From Phoronis australis (taxonomy: Eukaryota > Animalia > Phoronida), in assembly GCA_002633005.1 (NCBI GenBank), contig NMRA01000006.1:1773742-1837741 (forward strand): a DNA stretch of 64,000 nucleotides, in the 5' to 3' direction. Shown here piece after piece: positions 26,288 to 37,489 of the stretch; position 1 is the stretch's first letter; each line of letters starts with the position of its first letter. The position numbers and the translations under genes were made by a program. The notes beneath the pieces are model-generated. The model saw nothing but the letters and a program-made list of their open reading frames with translations, was not told the DNA's origin and ran no database searches.

Positions 26288-29200
26288 TTAGTCAGTCCAA
26301 GCCTCGTAACAAGAAGAATATGTATCATCATTGCCGTCTTCAAGCAGTGCATCAGAAAGATCACGTAAACTAACATTACTCATTTCAACATCAGGGCGAG
26401 CCCGAAGCTCAGAAACTTCACGAACTTGCGAGCGTGAATAACTTGAAGAGAACGAATTCTCAACTTCAAGACGAGAACCGTAACCCATTTTGTTTCCTCG
26501 AGGATTCAATTTCACGTCCACTTTGTTGTGAAGACTATTGGAATTCTCATGTTCACCATCGTTGACACAAATGGACTCAATGCTGCGAGAATTGCTATAG
26601 TTTTCCATAAAGCTCTCAGATTCGAGACCAGAATCATCTTCGACTTTGTCAGCATGGGAGGAATCGACATCCACTTTGTTGTGAAGATGACTGGAATTTT
26701 CTTGTTCACTATTTTCAGCGGAAATGGAGTTGATCATGCCAGAACGGTTACAGCTTTCCATAAAGCTCTTAGATTCGACACCAGAATCATCTTCAACTTC
26801 GTCAGCATGGGAGGAATCGACATCCACTTTGTTATGAAGACTGCAGTCCCTTTGTTCACTGTGCTCAACCAAACTGGACTCGAGGCTTCCAGATAAGCTG
26901 TCCACATTTGATAACCCATCGCTTTGCTTCAAAAAATCACCGTCTTCAACTGGAACTTCAAGTGTGCTGTTAAGAAATGAATTGATAAGACCAGATTTTA
27001 CAAATGGGTCAGGTTGACAATCCATAAATCCTTTGTCTGGACAATAAAAACTGGTTTCAGATGAAAGGGTCGAGGTCATGACTGACTCAGTGCAACTACC
27101 ATGTAAACTGCTTCCGAGTTGAATCATCACAGTCACCTTGTCACCATTCTTCAGCCCAAGTGACTGAATAGAGGTCAGGTCATCGTCCATGATTTCTTCC
27201 GTACGACAAACACTTAAGTAAAACTCAGTGTCGGGTTCAAGGAACTGTGGATATTGAATGAGCAGTTTCCAGGAAATGTACAACTTCAGCTCTTTGACAG
27301 TGACCTCAGGTGGGACTTGAATAACATGGGTTGGCTGCAAGTCATCACTGATTAGTAGGGTGACTGTAAGCTCCACAAGACTGACTGTAGGAAAAACAAA
27401 TACAGTGACGTTGCTGGCTTTATTTATGCCATAATCATGGACAAGATTCTCGTCTTCCAAGGTTTTGCCAGCATAGATCAAGACATGGTCCTCTAGAGTG
27501 ATGTCCATGACTTCGCATATTTCTTGCTTAAGAGACAAGACCGTGTCGTTCCAGCGAACATAGCAGTCCATGGACCGTTCATTTCCCATGTATCGAACAC
27601 TGATCAGTATCATTCCGGGCATGACAAGAGTCATTGTCATTCCTGTTTTTAACAAACTAGACCTCTTATCAATTTCCAACAGCATTTGTTCATCTGGTAG
27701 CCTTTTGCCACGGTAGAACAGCTCACACATCGCAGAAGATACATTTCTAGTATGGGAGATGGACTGATTCAGATCCCCAATCTTCAGTGACCCAGTAACT
27801 GGTAGAGTGATGTTGGCATTTGAGGTTGTATCTCTGATACGCAGCAGGAAGTAATCTCTTCTGACACAGCAGGAAATTGTAGAACCTTCCGTGATGCCAC
27901 AGTCCGTCACGGAATGCCCCTCTTTACATTCTTCCCCATTAAACACGAGGTACAACTGGTAGTACGGAACATTTTGAGGGTGACTGAGTCTGAGCTTCGC
28001 TTTCAGTTTTTTGATGTCATCCCTGCCAGAAACTTTTAAACAAACTTTTGGCTCTGAGTCCTCGTCAAAAAGAACAACCTCTACACTAAACAGGCCTGGC
28101 TCGGGAAAAACAAATTTAGGCATGACTGAAAAAGAAACCTCTGAGATAGCCCCACATGCATTAACAATTGGTTCCTCATCAGAAACTAATGTGTTTTGAT
28201 ATGTCAGTGCCTGTTCCCCAACATCAATACCACAAACCGTGTCAACAAATTCCTTTATCTTCACCATGCTTTCTTCTCTTGACATTGACATTTCAATGGG
28301 CTCGCAGGTGAAACCCGTAATGGCAACTTTGACTAGCACTTTGTTGGAATCTTCTGTCTGCACTGCGCTCTCCTCTGGTACAGCAACAGCTCTCTCGTTG
28401 GTTAAATCTGAAAGATAACTGCATGTAAATCTAGTCGTGGAAACAGCAGAAATGCTTAGTAACACACTAAAGAGATAAAAAACAAATCTTTTACAAGACA
28501 TCAGGCCAACTGCTAACTCCAGTTTTTGTAGAGTGAGCAGATGAGAGACTGTCGCTCCTTGGGCGTAATGCTAGTCCATCACAGGTTACTTACCAGCCAC
28601 GGGTAGTAGTCATTACAGAGGAGTAATAAAGTGATGTGCTCCAGGACTCAATAAATATGCATGTCCTGAACACATCCACTAGGACAAGAAACTAGAAGAA
28701 CACAGCATTTATCCACCTTCACTCTTATCAGGCTTCTATTGTGAGTCAGCATGCGTGAATAATTGGCTGATAAGCCACCTAAGGAACTACTTTTGGCTGA
28801 ATGGATGACCAGGCCAAAAAATGATAATTAGCCAAGACCTTGCAGCATGGAATAGTTAATACCTTCACGGCAATTTTGAAAGAGTGGGCATCTTCTGCTA
28901 GTCGTTCGCCGTAAGTTTTTAAAAAAACTTGGTTTACCGACCTCTGATTTTCTGGATTATGCAAACATTAAAATTCAAATTTGCAATGTTTTCAGTTCCA
29001 CCATCATTATGCTATGGAAACAAGCAAAAATTGGCAACAATCCATACAAGCAACAAAGAATATCTCGTAAAATCAAATAGCCTTGGTGGAAAGCTGTATA
29101 CTGTATTGACCCTAATAAACGCCAAGGGAGCTTAGAAAAATTCATTTCATGGAGGGGACGCTTATTGTAGCCTAAGGTAGTTGAAACCCGGTTTCCAAAA

Positions 29201-32200
29201 CGGGTAAAATCGGAAGCTAGGATTCATCAAATTTACGCTCTGTGATGTATGTGTAGCCTATGACAGTCTTTCTACAAAACTGTAGTGTATTGCTGTCAAA
29301 CTCCGTTGTTAAATTACGATCATTTTTAAAAAAAATGTGATGAAATCCCAGGGCAAAAACTTGCCAACTGATACGTCGCTGAATCGCGATCGTCGATAGG
29401 AAAACTTGTATTCTTGAATAAAAATACAGTTTCGACTCAACAAACTACCTGAAATCCTCCTTATGTTTTACAATTTATTAAGTGGAGTCTAGATTAATTG
29501 CGATTAAGTCCAAATCTGCGCTACATCGTACCCCACAACACGAGAATAATCTCTGGATGAACACACATGTTGTTGCCACGTGACGTTTGTTTTGAAGTTT
29601 GTCTGGCGTATGAGAGTGAGTGAGCGAGTGCGTGCGGGTCATCAACAACAGACTTTGTTACAAAAGGCGGAGGATTATGCAAGAAAATGGCGTTTATTAG
29701 ATTGTTTTTCGCTTTAACGGCTGCAACGTGCAAGGTGAGTGCCGGTTAACTCACAAATTTTGTGTGCACAGGCCAACGGTCGTTAGCTCAACCATGGAGT
29801 ATAACATTAATAATCCTAGGCTCGATCTACATGGGTGACGAGCTGAACTATTCGGGCTGTGTGAAATTTCTGGGTCTAATGGAGACACTGACGCAGTGGT
29901 ACCTATAGTTTGCCAGCTCACTGTATCAAGACTATCGTCAAAATCCAAATTCGTTTTATCGTGTCCGTCAATAATAATGGCATGCTAGTTTCTTAATGTT
30001 TGTACTTCAGGAACATAACGATCCCGTGTTTTGTATATTACATACGCGCACACCGCAGATCACATCTCGGAAATTTCCGATTTGACGGATGACAATGGAA
30101 TGAGCACAATGAAATTAAACAATGTTGTTTTACAGCTTGTAAGATTCATAATAAATGCATTTTGAATATTGCAATACATGTGTTCCAAAATCTAAATAAC
30201 CTATAGAGTAGTTCTATATTATCCTAACTTGGGTCCTATATTTTTGTTTTCGTGCGCGCCGAATGAAAGTAATTGTGAGTGTTGCTGTGCTCCTAAATCT
30301 CTTATTCTGGGCCAATTTGAAAAATTCTAAGTTGTACCAACATTTTCTCTCTCTCCTCTTTTCAAATATTACACTCAAAACTACGTAAAACGCTCTCCAT
30401 AAAAATTACGGTCATCTAGGCTAGATTGTAATCAGCTGATCGTATCCGCATGACCAAAGCCAATTATCCTCGCTCGTGACTCGATGACTAGAGCAACTAG
30501 GCGGGATCCCTTTGATCGTGAGCTGAGCGCGACACAGCCAAGGTGGATAAATACAGTCTAGTTCAATCAGCCAAACCCCACTGTTTTCCCTGATTGACGG
30601 GGTTTGGGGCAATCTTATTTAGTGGGAATGTTCATGGCATGTCTGCAGCAAGCAGGTACTACAATTGAATTCACAACTGAACATATACATTGAGAGTACA
30701 CCACTAAGCCACATAGGCACTGTCAGCACTTGCAGTGGTAAATACATTTTTGCCATCTGCATCAGGAGTCTATTTCATCATGGACAACAGATTTGCAACA
30801 TTCGATATTTTCCTATGAAGTTCCAAGAAGGGGTGCCACTTTCTTCCAATGCTCAACTCAGTTTTCAGTTAGTGAGCAGATGACGTACTTGTCTAAGTTC
30901 ACCAGTTGACACCAATTAATATTCAAGTTGTGGCCAATAGCGAACTATAGCATTTGTGGTTGGGCTTCAGTGCAAGATCAGAAATTTTGTGCATTTAGAA
31001 TATATAGAGGTGGAAGTTTATCTACTACAGTTTATATAGTTTCAAAGAAATTTTTTGACTTTACACGGTGTTTCATGCAGATTGTAAACCAAGACATAAA
31101 ATTACAAAACGTAAAATCTCACTTATTTTATCTTTTTTCTTACAAAACATATGAAGGACCAAAAATCAAATGGCTTGCCACAGCTATTAGACAAAATTTG
31201 AAAAATTGTGGGGATTCACAGGCCCTTGAAAAAATGTTCAATCGGTTATCGATATTGTCTATAACTGGTGAGATTTTTGGGCGTACACACTGGGGGCATT
31301 TTTGGGAAATTCTCTTCACTCACAAATGACACAAAGTATATACTAGAAATAATCTTGTCTCAGGGTAGCACAGGCATCAATAAACCAAAATGCAGACTTA
31401 CCATTCACTTCAATTGATCGGATTTTGAATCTTGTAAGACCGTTCGACATTTCTTCCGTCACAACGTCTACAAAATAAGAATTGAAAATTTAAATATAAA
31501 CAACTAAAAAGTAGATATTTCAATTAAAAAATAATTGAAAGAGACAGGCTTCAGGTATTTAAAAGTTCGTAGTTCATATGATTTCGTGTTTGTCTGACAG
31601 TACAATACTATGCACTCATTATGGTCACAGCATTCAGTTACAAGCAAGTCATGAACCAGCATGCAAACATGTCCCAGCACCACCACCAGGTGGAGTGATA
31701 TCATTACTAGTATTTGGAGACTATCACACTATGTGACCTACTAGACTCCAGAACTGCAACCTTGGGGTTCTCCTGTGAACTTAGGGGCCAGTCACATCCC
31801 TCCATTACAGCAATGGGAGTAATAGTGTTCAAGCTCGGTGTAGTTGCCCAGGTTTCACAACTCCGTCGTAGTGGTACCCTATGCCGTGGGGGAACTTTAT
31901 CATGGATTGGGTCGGTAGGAACGGCCCGCTTGGTATTGTCAGGACAACGTGGGAATTTTAATTGGTGACACATGTGTCGAAAAGCCACTTTTCCTGTTGC
32001 CAGGTATTGCATTGGTCCATCATGTGAACCTGAAGGTGACGTACATACCTGACATTGTGAAAGACTCAGTCCGTCCCTCATTCTCTGAAATCACCAACAG
32101 CTGAGCAAGATGACCTTGTTTCGTTGTAATCATTGCTTGTATCAAACTTCTGTAGGCGTGATTCCCTTTTTTGCAAATGATGTTGTAAAATTCAGTGTTC

Positions 32201-34347
32201 TGTTCATGTCTTCCCAAATGCTTCTGAAATAGGAACGAGGTGAAATGTTGTAACAGTTATCTGCACTGTAATGTTAGAGAACACCTTTTGTATTTTAAGA
32301 TTAACTTTGAATGTTTAGAAAACCTGCAAAAGTGGGCAGAATCAAGTCAAAGGTTCAAAGTTTTAACTATACAGTTGTGACGTGGATAGTACCCTATTTA
32401 ATACCAAAAATAATGTACTAAAATCAAAAAAATATATGCAGGATTCCCCCACCACCCCCAAAACCATGTATCATGTGTCATCTCCAGAGTAAAGAATTGC
32501 ATGGATTTAACTAGAGAATAGTTTACGTGACACGCGATTGCGCTCTCGTGTCACGCCAGCTATTAAAGCGTCCTCACGTTTGCGCAGTACATTTCTACAC
32601 AAAACCAGATAAGTGCTGGTGAGTTCTTTTGTTTGTCTATTTTCTGGCGCATACGTGTATTAGCCGTTATTATTAGTTATCATTCGTTGTTTATATAGAG
32701 TTCAATTCACAGTATTTGTATATTCATTTTGTATGTTTCAGACGGACATTCGTCTTGCTTAATAAAGCATCGTTAGAAAAACCCAAGGGTTATTGTCTAT
32801 GTCCGTCAGCACTGGAAATGCCGTCAATTCCGTGCCCATACCCGGGATGTTCATATACAACCGGAGAAAACGACGTGGGCCTGGCCATCGAATTACTAAA
32901 AATACACGGCCTCATTCACACAGCACCACAGACCCCGTGTGCCGGTGCCGCCAAAGTGGAAAGAGTCAGCCGCCCACAGATAACTGCAGAAATCAGCGCC
33001 GCAGACTGGCAATACTTCACAACAAGATGGGACGAATATGTCCAGGCCACTGGTATTTCAGGGACAACAGAAGTGCTACAACTATTAGAATGTTGTGACG
33101 AGAAACTACGCAAAGATTTGACACGAAACACAATTGGGAACCTCACATCAAAGAGCACTGACCAGGTCTTGGCTTCCATCAGGAAACTCGCCGTCCNAAA
33201 CTTAACTTCGATGCTATCGGAGTTATCCGCAGAGGTCAATGCCCATGCTTGCCAACAGCGGATGGTGACTGCACAGTTTTAAAATACTTATATTAATATT
33301 TTGTTATACTATTTATTATTTTGGCAGTATAAGTATTTTGTTTCAATTTATCCATGTAATTGGCGGATTCTTTACATTAAAATAATCATTGAACATGTGG
33401 TGTACACAAAACGAGTACCTGTCATACCACAGATCAGCTGTTAGCCTACTCAAGTCAGTTTTTAAAACGTCATCTTCCAGCACCTTCATCGACCCAACGT
33501 GGCAATCGGATAAATCCTTGCTATTTTTTATTACAAGGCCAAAAACACATGGGCAAATGACCAAAGGTCAAATTCATGCCGTCTTGCGATAACTTTGCAA
33601 AACTAGTTTTGTGACTAACTCGTTCCGAAGCTGATGGGAACACTGACACTTAACTTTGTGGTTAAACATAGAAGCTTTGATAGTGGGAAAGAGCCTAACA
33701 ATCACCTCTTAAACTATTATTATCATAAAAATTAACAACATATTTATTGTGTTGTATCAGTTAACATATTCTGGGACACTAATTAAAACACATCAGCACA
33801 ACTGAATAACATCAGGAAGACTGTTTGCTTAAGGCTGAGCGAGCATTGACAAAGTGGAAAAGAAAGTCTGAAACAGGGCTAAACATTCACAACTTGCACA
33901 CATTGGTGACTGTGGTGCATTGTTGTTTAGGACACAATGCTTTGTTTTCAGATCAATTTTAACACCGCAAACACGAAAGCACCCATGTTCAAAATGTACA
34001 GAAGCAGTATCTTTCAAGGTGGAGTCAAAAGACATTATCAGCTCACACTATACAGAGACCAGAGTGAGGAACCAACACAGTAAGCATGAAGACTGCTGAA
34101 GGGCTAACTTCTATCAAGTGGAGACACTGTGGCATAACAATAGTGACTCAAAGAAAGTGTCACACAGATGAGATTTTCTTCAATGATTTTGTTCACACTG
34201 CAACTTTTTCTTTACCTCAATTCTTTCCTTGTCATTTTCTGAAATAGCTTGATTCATCCAAAGGTGCGGAGTAATGTCCGCTGCATTTGTGTCCTGCAGA
34301 AGTGTCACGTAATTTTGCTGGATGCGCTGCTTGTATTTTGCATCCAT
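26288..34347 (-). CDS. CARD + 5x ubiquitin-like domain protein, paralog A (~830 aa)
   Basis: Exons 34347-34216 (MDAKYKQRIQQNYVTLLQDTNAADITPHLWMNQAISENDKERIE), 32223-32049 (KHLGRHEQNTEFYNIICKKGNHAYRSLIQAMITTKQGHLAQLL...), 31467-31402 and 28407-26288. All GT-AG, phases 0/1/1, 2493 nt in frame. Exons 1-2 fit the CARD pattern (L..I..N...L, HL.....I...D.E.I, KG..A...L..A.....Q.HLA.LL). UBL array ~28339-27116, e.g. HVLIYAGKTLEDENLVHDYGINKAS vs ubiquitin [24 protein letters not shown]. Acceptor at 34375 and a probable 5'UTR donor (GTGAGT) at ~36753. AATAAA on the minus strand at ~25083-25088. A scaffold gap (33197) lies in intron 1. Confidence 0.85.
26460..26865 (-). repeat. Coding tandem repeat with 153-nt (51-aa) period, ~2.5 copies, in the paralog A tail
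   Basis: CCACTTTGTT anchors at 26518, 26671 and 26824. Protein unit LHNKVDVDSSHAD(E/K)VEDDSG(V/L)ES(K/E)SFME. Confidence 0.9.
32468..33196 (+). mobile_element. Ty3/Gypsy-like LTR retrotransposon 5' part (putative LTR plus gag start), cut by a scaffold gap
   Basis: ORF from ATG 32818: MPSIPCPYPGCSYTT...LLKIH...KVERVSRPQI...DWQYFTTRWDEYVQATGI...QLLECCDEKLRKDL, a pattern typical of invertebrate Gypsy gag N-termini. AATAAA at 32761. LTR boundaries are approximate. N at 33197. Confidence 0.7.
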
Positions 34348-35955
34348 AATTGTTGCTGCGTATGGTGCCGCTCACCTAGAATATGAATTTTTCGTTACTT
34401 TTGTTCATCAATCAACAGATTATCAGCCCACATCCTCCCCATCGCTACGAAGTATTGCTGCTGTTAAATAAAACTCTTATTCAGTCGTAAAACGGCATTA
34501 AATATGAGCATTCTTTAAAAAGGAGTTTTCGATTTAGGCTACTTGTCGTTATGAAATTAGTCTCACAATGTTCCTTAGCCAAACTAATAAGTGTGATTTG
34601 TGAGCTTGAAAAGATTTAGTAGTGATCAATATTTTTTAAATCTTGATTTGAAGCAGTGACGAACTCTCGCTTCTTCCTGAGCCCATGACACTTCATCACT
34701 AAGCAAGGAACAAGACACCGACAATTTTATAACAGTAAGTGGCCTAAATCAAAACTAGTTTTTTTAACAGAAAGCACGGGTTTAATGCCTGGCCACTATA
34801 AGTCAGTCACAAGTTTTCCAACCAAAACAAAAAAATGTTAGTTGGCCCTTTGGCTGCACAGCAGGGCCTGTTTTTGGGGTACCAAAAGGTTGTGGTTTAG
34901 TAAGCACATGAATAATGGTACTTTTGAACAACTTATATCTGGGGACAGTCAGCCACTGTAATCACCGCAACCTAGTGCTGCATTTCTAAAAACTGACTGA
35001 TGGGTTTGTGGTAAACAAGAGTAAAGCTTTAAAAATACCCTTCACTTCTTTTTAGTTAAAAACTGCATAAAAGGAATGTGACTGTAAACCAATCTAGTTA
35101 AAAGCTATCATCAAGTGGTATTCTTTCAACATATTTATAATCAAACATGTTCAAAATAAACATAATTAATGGAGGAACTTTCAAAATAACATTGCGGTAA
35201 TGCATAAACAAAATGGCCACCCACAGATGAACAGCGATGAACATCACTTCTCATGAATTTCCACAAACAAATACAAATACATGCAGGACTGTACTTAAAA
35301 ATATGTTCCTATTTTGGAAATATCAATTCATTGATGAAACTAAACTGGTTAAAGTAAAAGGAAAATGTGATTTTTAACTCTTAAGAATAGTTCATCAAAC
35401 ACGTGTATTAATCATAAATTCATGTAACTTTATTTTAAGTCAGTACAAAATATAAAACTGCCAATAGGGGCAAGTATTAGCCAACTATTGATCCCAACAA
35501 GCAGGAGAGCTGGGGTTTACAGCAAATGGTTTTAAAAAATAGGAAAAGAGACACAGGACACAGGTGATTCCAGTATTCTTTGCCAGAGGGAAGTCTCTGT
35601 AGAAATATAGCTTTGTATCCTAAAAATTATCTTCTTGAATTTGAAAAGCTGAATCAGTTTCCTCAGGAAAATCTATACATATGGTAAAACCTCACGGATA
35701 TTGCCGTTATTCAGTGAAAACTGGTTCTTGGCAGCCATTTTGAAGAGGGACCCATTTAAGCCACTTTTACACACCATCTCTACTACAGCCAGTTGAGATG
35801 ATATGGTGCAGTCTCATACAAAGACTGACCGAAAAACAGACATTGCTTTACATGAGGAAGTGTGTATGGTGTCAGATTTTATTTGGCCAGTTTTTTACTC
35901 TCTAGTGTCACATCGTTCCAATTCAATGCATTTGTATACAGTCAGTTATGTCTCA

Positions 35956-36529
35956 GTAAACAATGACCATCGTCTCTAACTTTCCCAAGTAGAGACGATG
36001 AAACTCCTATACTATAGGTGCTTCATACGATATGGAAACCTTTCCGGCAAATTATGCCTCACACTGACTAAAACATCAAAGTCACGTTGTTATAAATACT
36101 TTTTGCGCCTTAGAAGCCGCCGATGTATTTAATTTCTTCCAACTCGACGAAATACTCCCGTTATCAAACTTTTTCTTTGAGCAGTCCCTCGATCGTTCAG
36201 TTCCCAAAATCGGTAACTTGCCATTTTTAACACTGCGCGCGGCAGGGGGCGTGCACAGTGTTAAAAATGGTGAGTTACCGATTTTGGGAACTGAACGATC
36301 GAGGGACTGCTCGAAGAACGGGAATATTTGTTTGAGTTGGAAGAAATTAAAAACATTGATGGCCTCCTAAGGTATCCCTCTATGCGCAAAAGTTATTTAT
36401 AACAATGTGACTTTGATGTTTTAGTCAGTGTGAGGCAAAATTTGCCGAAAAGCTTCCAGCGTATGAAGTGCCTATAGGAGCTTCATCGTCTCTACTTGGG
36501 AGAGCTAGAAACGATGGTCATTGTCTAGT
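35956..36529. mobile_element. Foldback/MITE: ~280-bp inverted arms around a ~10-nt loop
   Basis: ACAATGACCATCGT...GGTAACTTGCCATTTTTAACACTG pairs with CAGTGTTAAAAATGGTGAGTTACC...ACGATGGTCATTGT; centre at ~36245. Confidence 0.9.
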
Positions 36530-36934
36530 ATATAGAGACCCGAATAAGCGCCGTATAGACCGGAAAACGAGTCTGAAAAAAATAATCGTATAGATACTGG
36601 ATATTCGGAACACGAGAGTAGGCGACTGCATGATTGTGCCCATCAACAATCTAACCACGAGTGCTGGGACCGCCCTAGACAGGACCTCCTTGCGTCAGAT
36701 GAGCTGGTCCATTTCAGAGTTGGCCTCACTGTCTAGAACCTGTAAATACTCACTTTGACTTAGCTTTAGGCCTACTGCTGGTACAGACCGTGTTACGTGT
36801 CCAAGTCCGACTATCTGAACTGTTTTTGTACTTTTAGGTCACAATTTCGAAAACTTCGACAACAGAGAACATTACATACCATAAAATAAAGTCAAATGAC
36901 TTCAGCTTTACGTCTGTTGACCAGTTGCCCAGTT

Positions 36935-37050
36935 GGAAACTTCTGGGAAAAACCTATACAGCTTTGTACCAAGGCTAGGAAAAACCTAGGGAAAAACCTA
37001 GCCATGCTTCCGGGCTTTTGTTCTGCTAAGTGGGAATTTTCTCCACGTGC
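36935..37050 (-). promoter_or_regulatory. Cluster of NF-kB/Rel-like sites upstream of the putative non-coding first exon of paralog A
   Basis: GGGAAAAACC 36945-36954, AGGAAAAACC 36977-36986, GGGAAAAACC 36989-36998, GGGAATTTTC 37032-37041 and an E-box CACGTG at 37044-37049. About 200-300 bp upstream of a minus-strand GTGAGT donor at ~36753. Confidence 0.45.
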
Positions 37051-37086
37051 TCGCAGTGTCTCCTAGCGGCAAAAAAGGAGTATATG

Positions 37087-37489
37087 CTGTGCGTAAACTT
37101 CGAACTTGAATTTTCATTTGGCCAATCAGGTGAAATTTTTTGTTCAGTGTAAACAAAGACGTTAACAAGACCAGAGATCGTTAACGTCTTTGGTGTAAAG
37201 ACTTTTTTTAAATTATTGGCCTTATGGTCATCCATTTTCTCCTTTAGCGTAACTTGTGTCAAATAATTGGAGGGAATGGTTAGTAAATCAATTATTGTTT
37301 GGTGAATAAGTTCGCCAATTGGTTAAAATTTACGTTATGTTATTATCATGTAATTTGATTTAGTGCAGTGCAAATTTTTAGCAACGTGAACGCGATTATT
37401 TGAGTGAACTTGTAGAGTTTCTTCGTGTATTCCAAGTTCACGCAAACACGATTGAGATTAAGCAAGACGTGTTCCAAGTTTACGCACAG
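37087..37489. mobile_element. MITE with TIR CTGTGCGTAAACTT(C/G)GAAC; second copy at ~52090-52575
   Basis: Termini CTGTGCGTAAACTTCGAAC and GTTCCAAGTTTACGCACAG. Internal blocks (TTCATTTGGCCAATCAGG, CTCCTTTAGCGTAACTTGTGTCAA, CATGTAATTTGATTTAGTGCAGT) are shared with 52090-52575. Confidence 0.7.
37154..37192. mobile_element. 39-bp micro-insertion with 13-bp TIRs and a 7-bp TSD (P-element-like termini)
   Basis: GTGTAAA | CAAAGACGTTAAC-AAGACCAGAGATC-GTTAACGTCTTTG | GTGTAAA. The other MITE copy has a single GTGTAAA (empty site) at ~52150. Confidence 0.75.

Noticed and set aside
26935-26960. TRAF6-type PxExxD motif (PVEDGD) in the paralog A tail, and caspase-like sites (VDVD, DEVED) nearby
   Set aside because: Short, low-information motifs in an acidic region that are not conserved in paralog B.
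28408-28501. Signal-peptide-like start of the 737-aa ORF (MSCKRFVFYLFSVLLSISAVST), suggesting a secreted CARD-less isoform
   Set aside because: It is the T-rich intron end upstream of the acceptor at 28407. Paralog B has an in-frame TGA a few codons upstream of the equivalent acceptor, so it is not conserved. Only 5'RACE could revive it.
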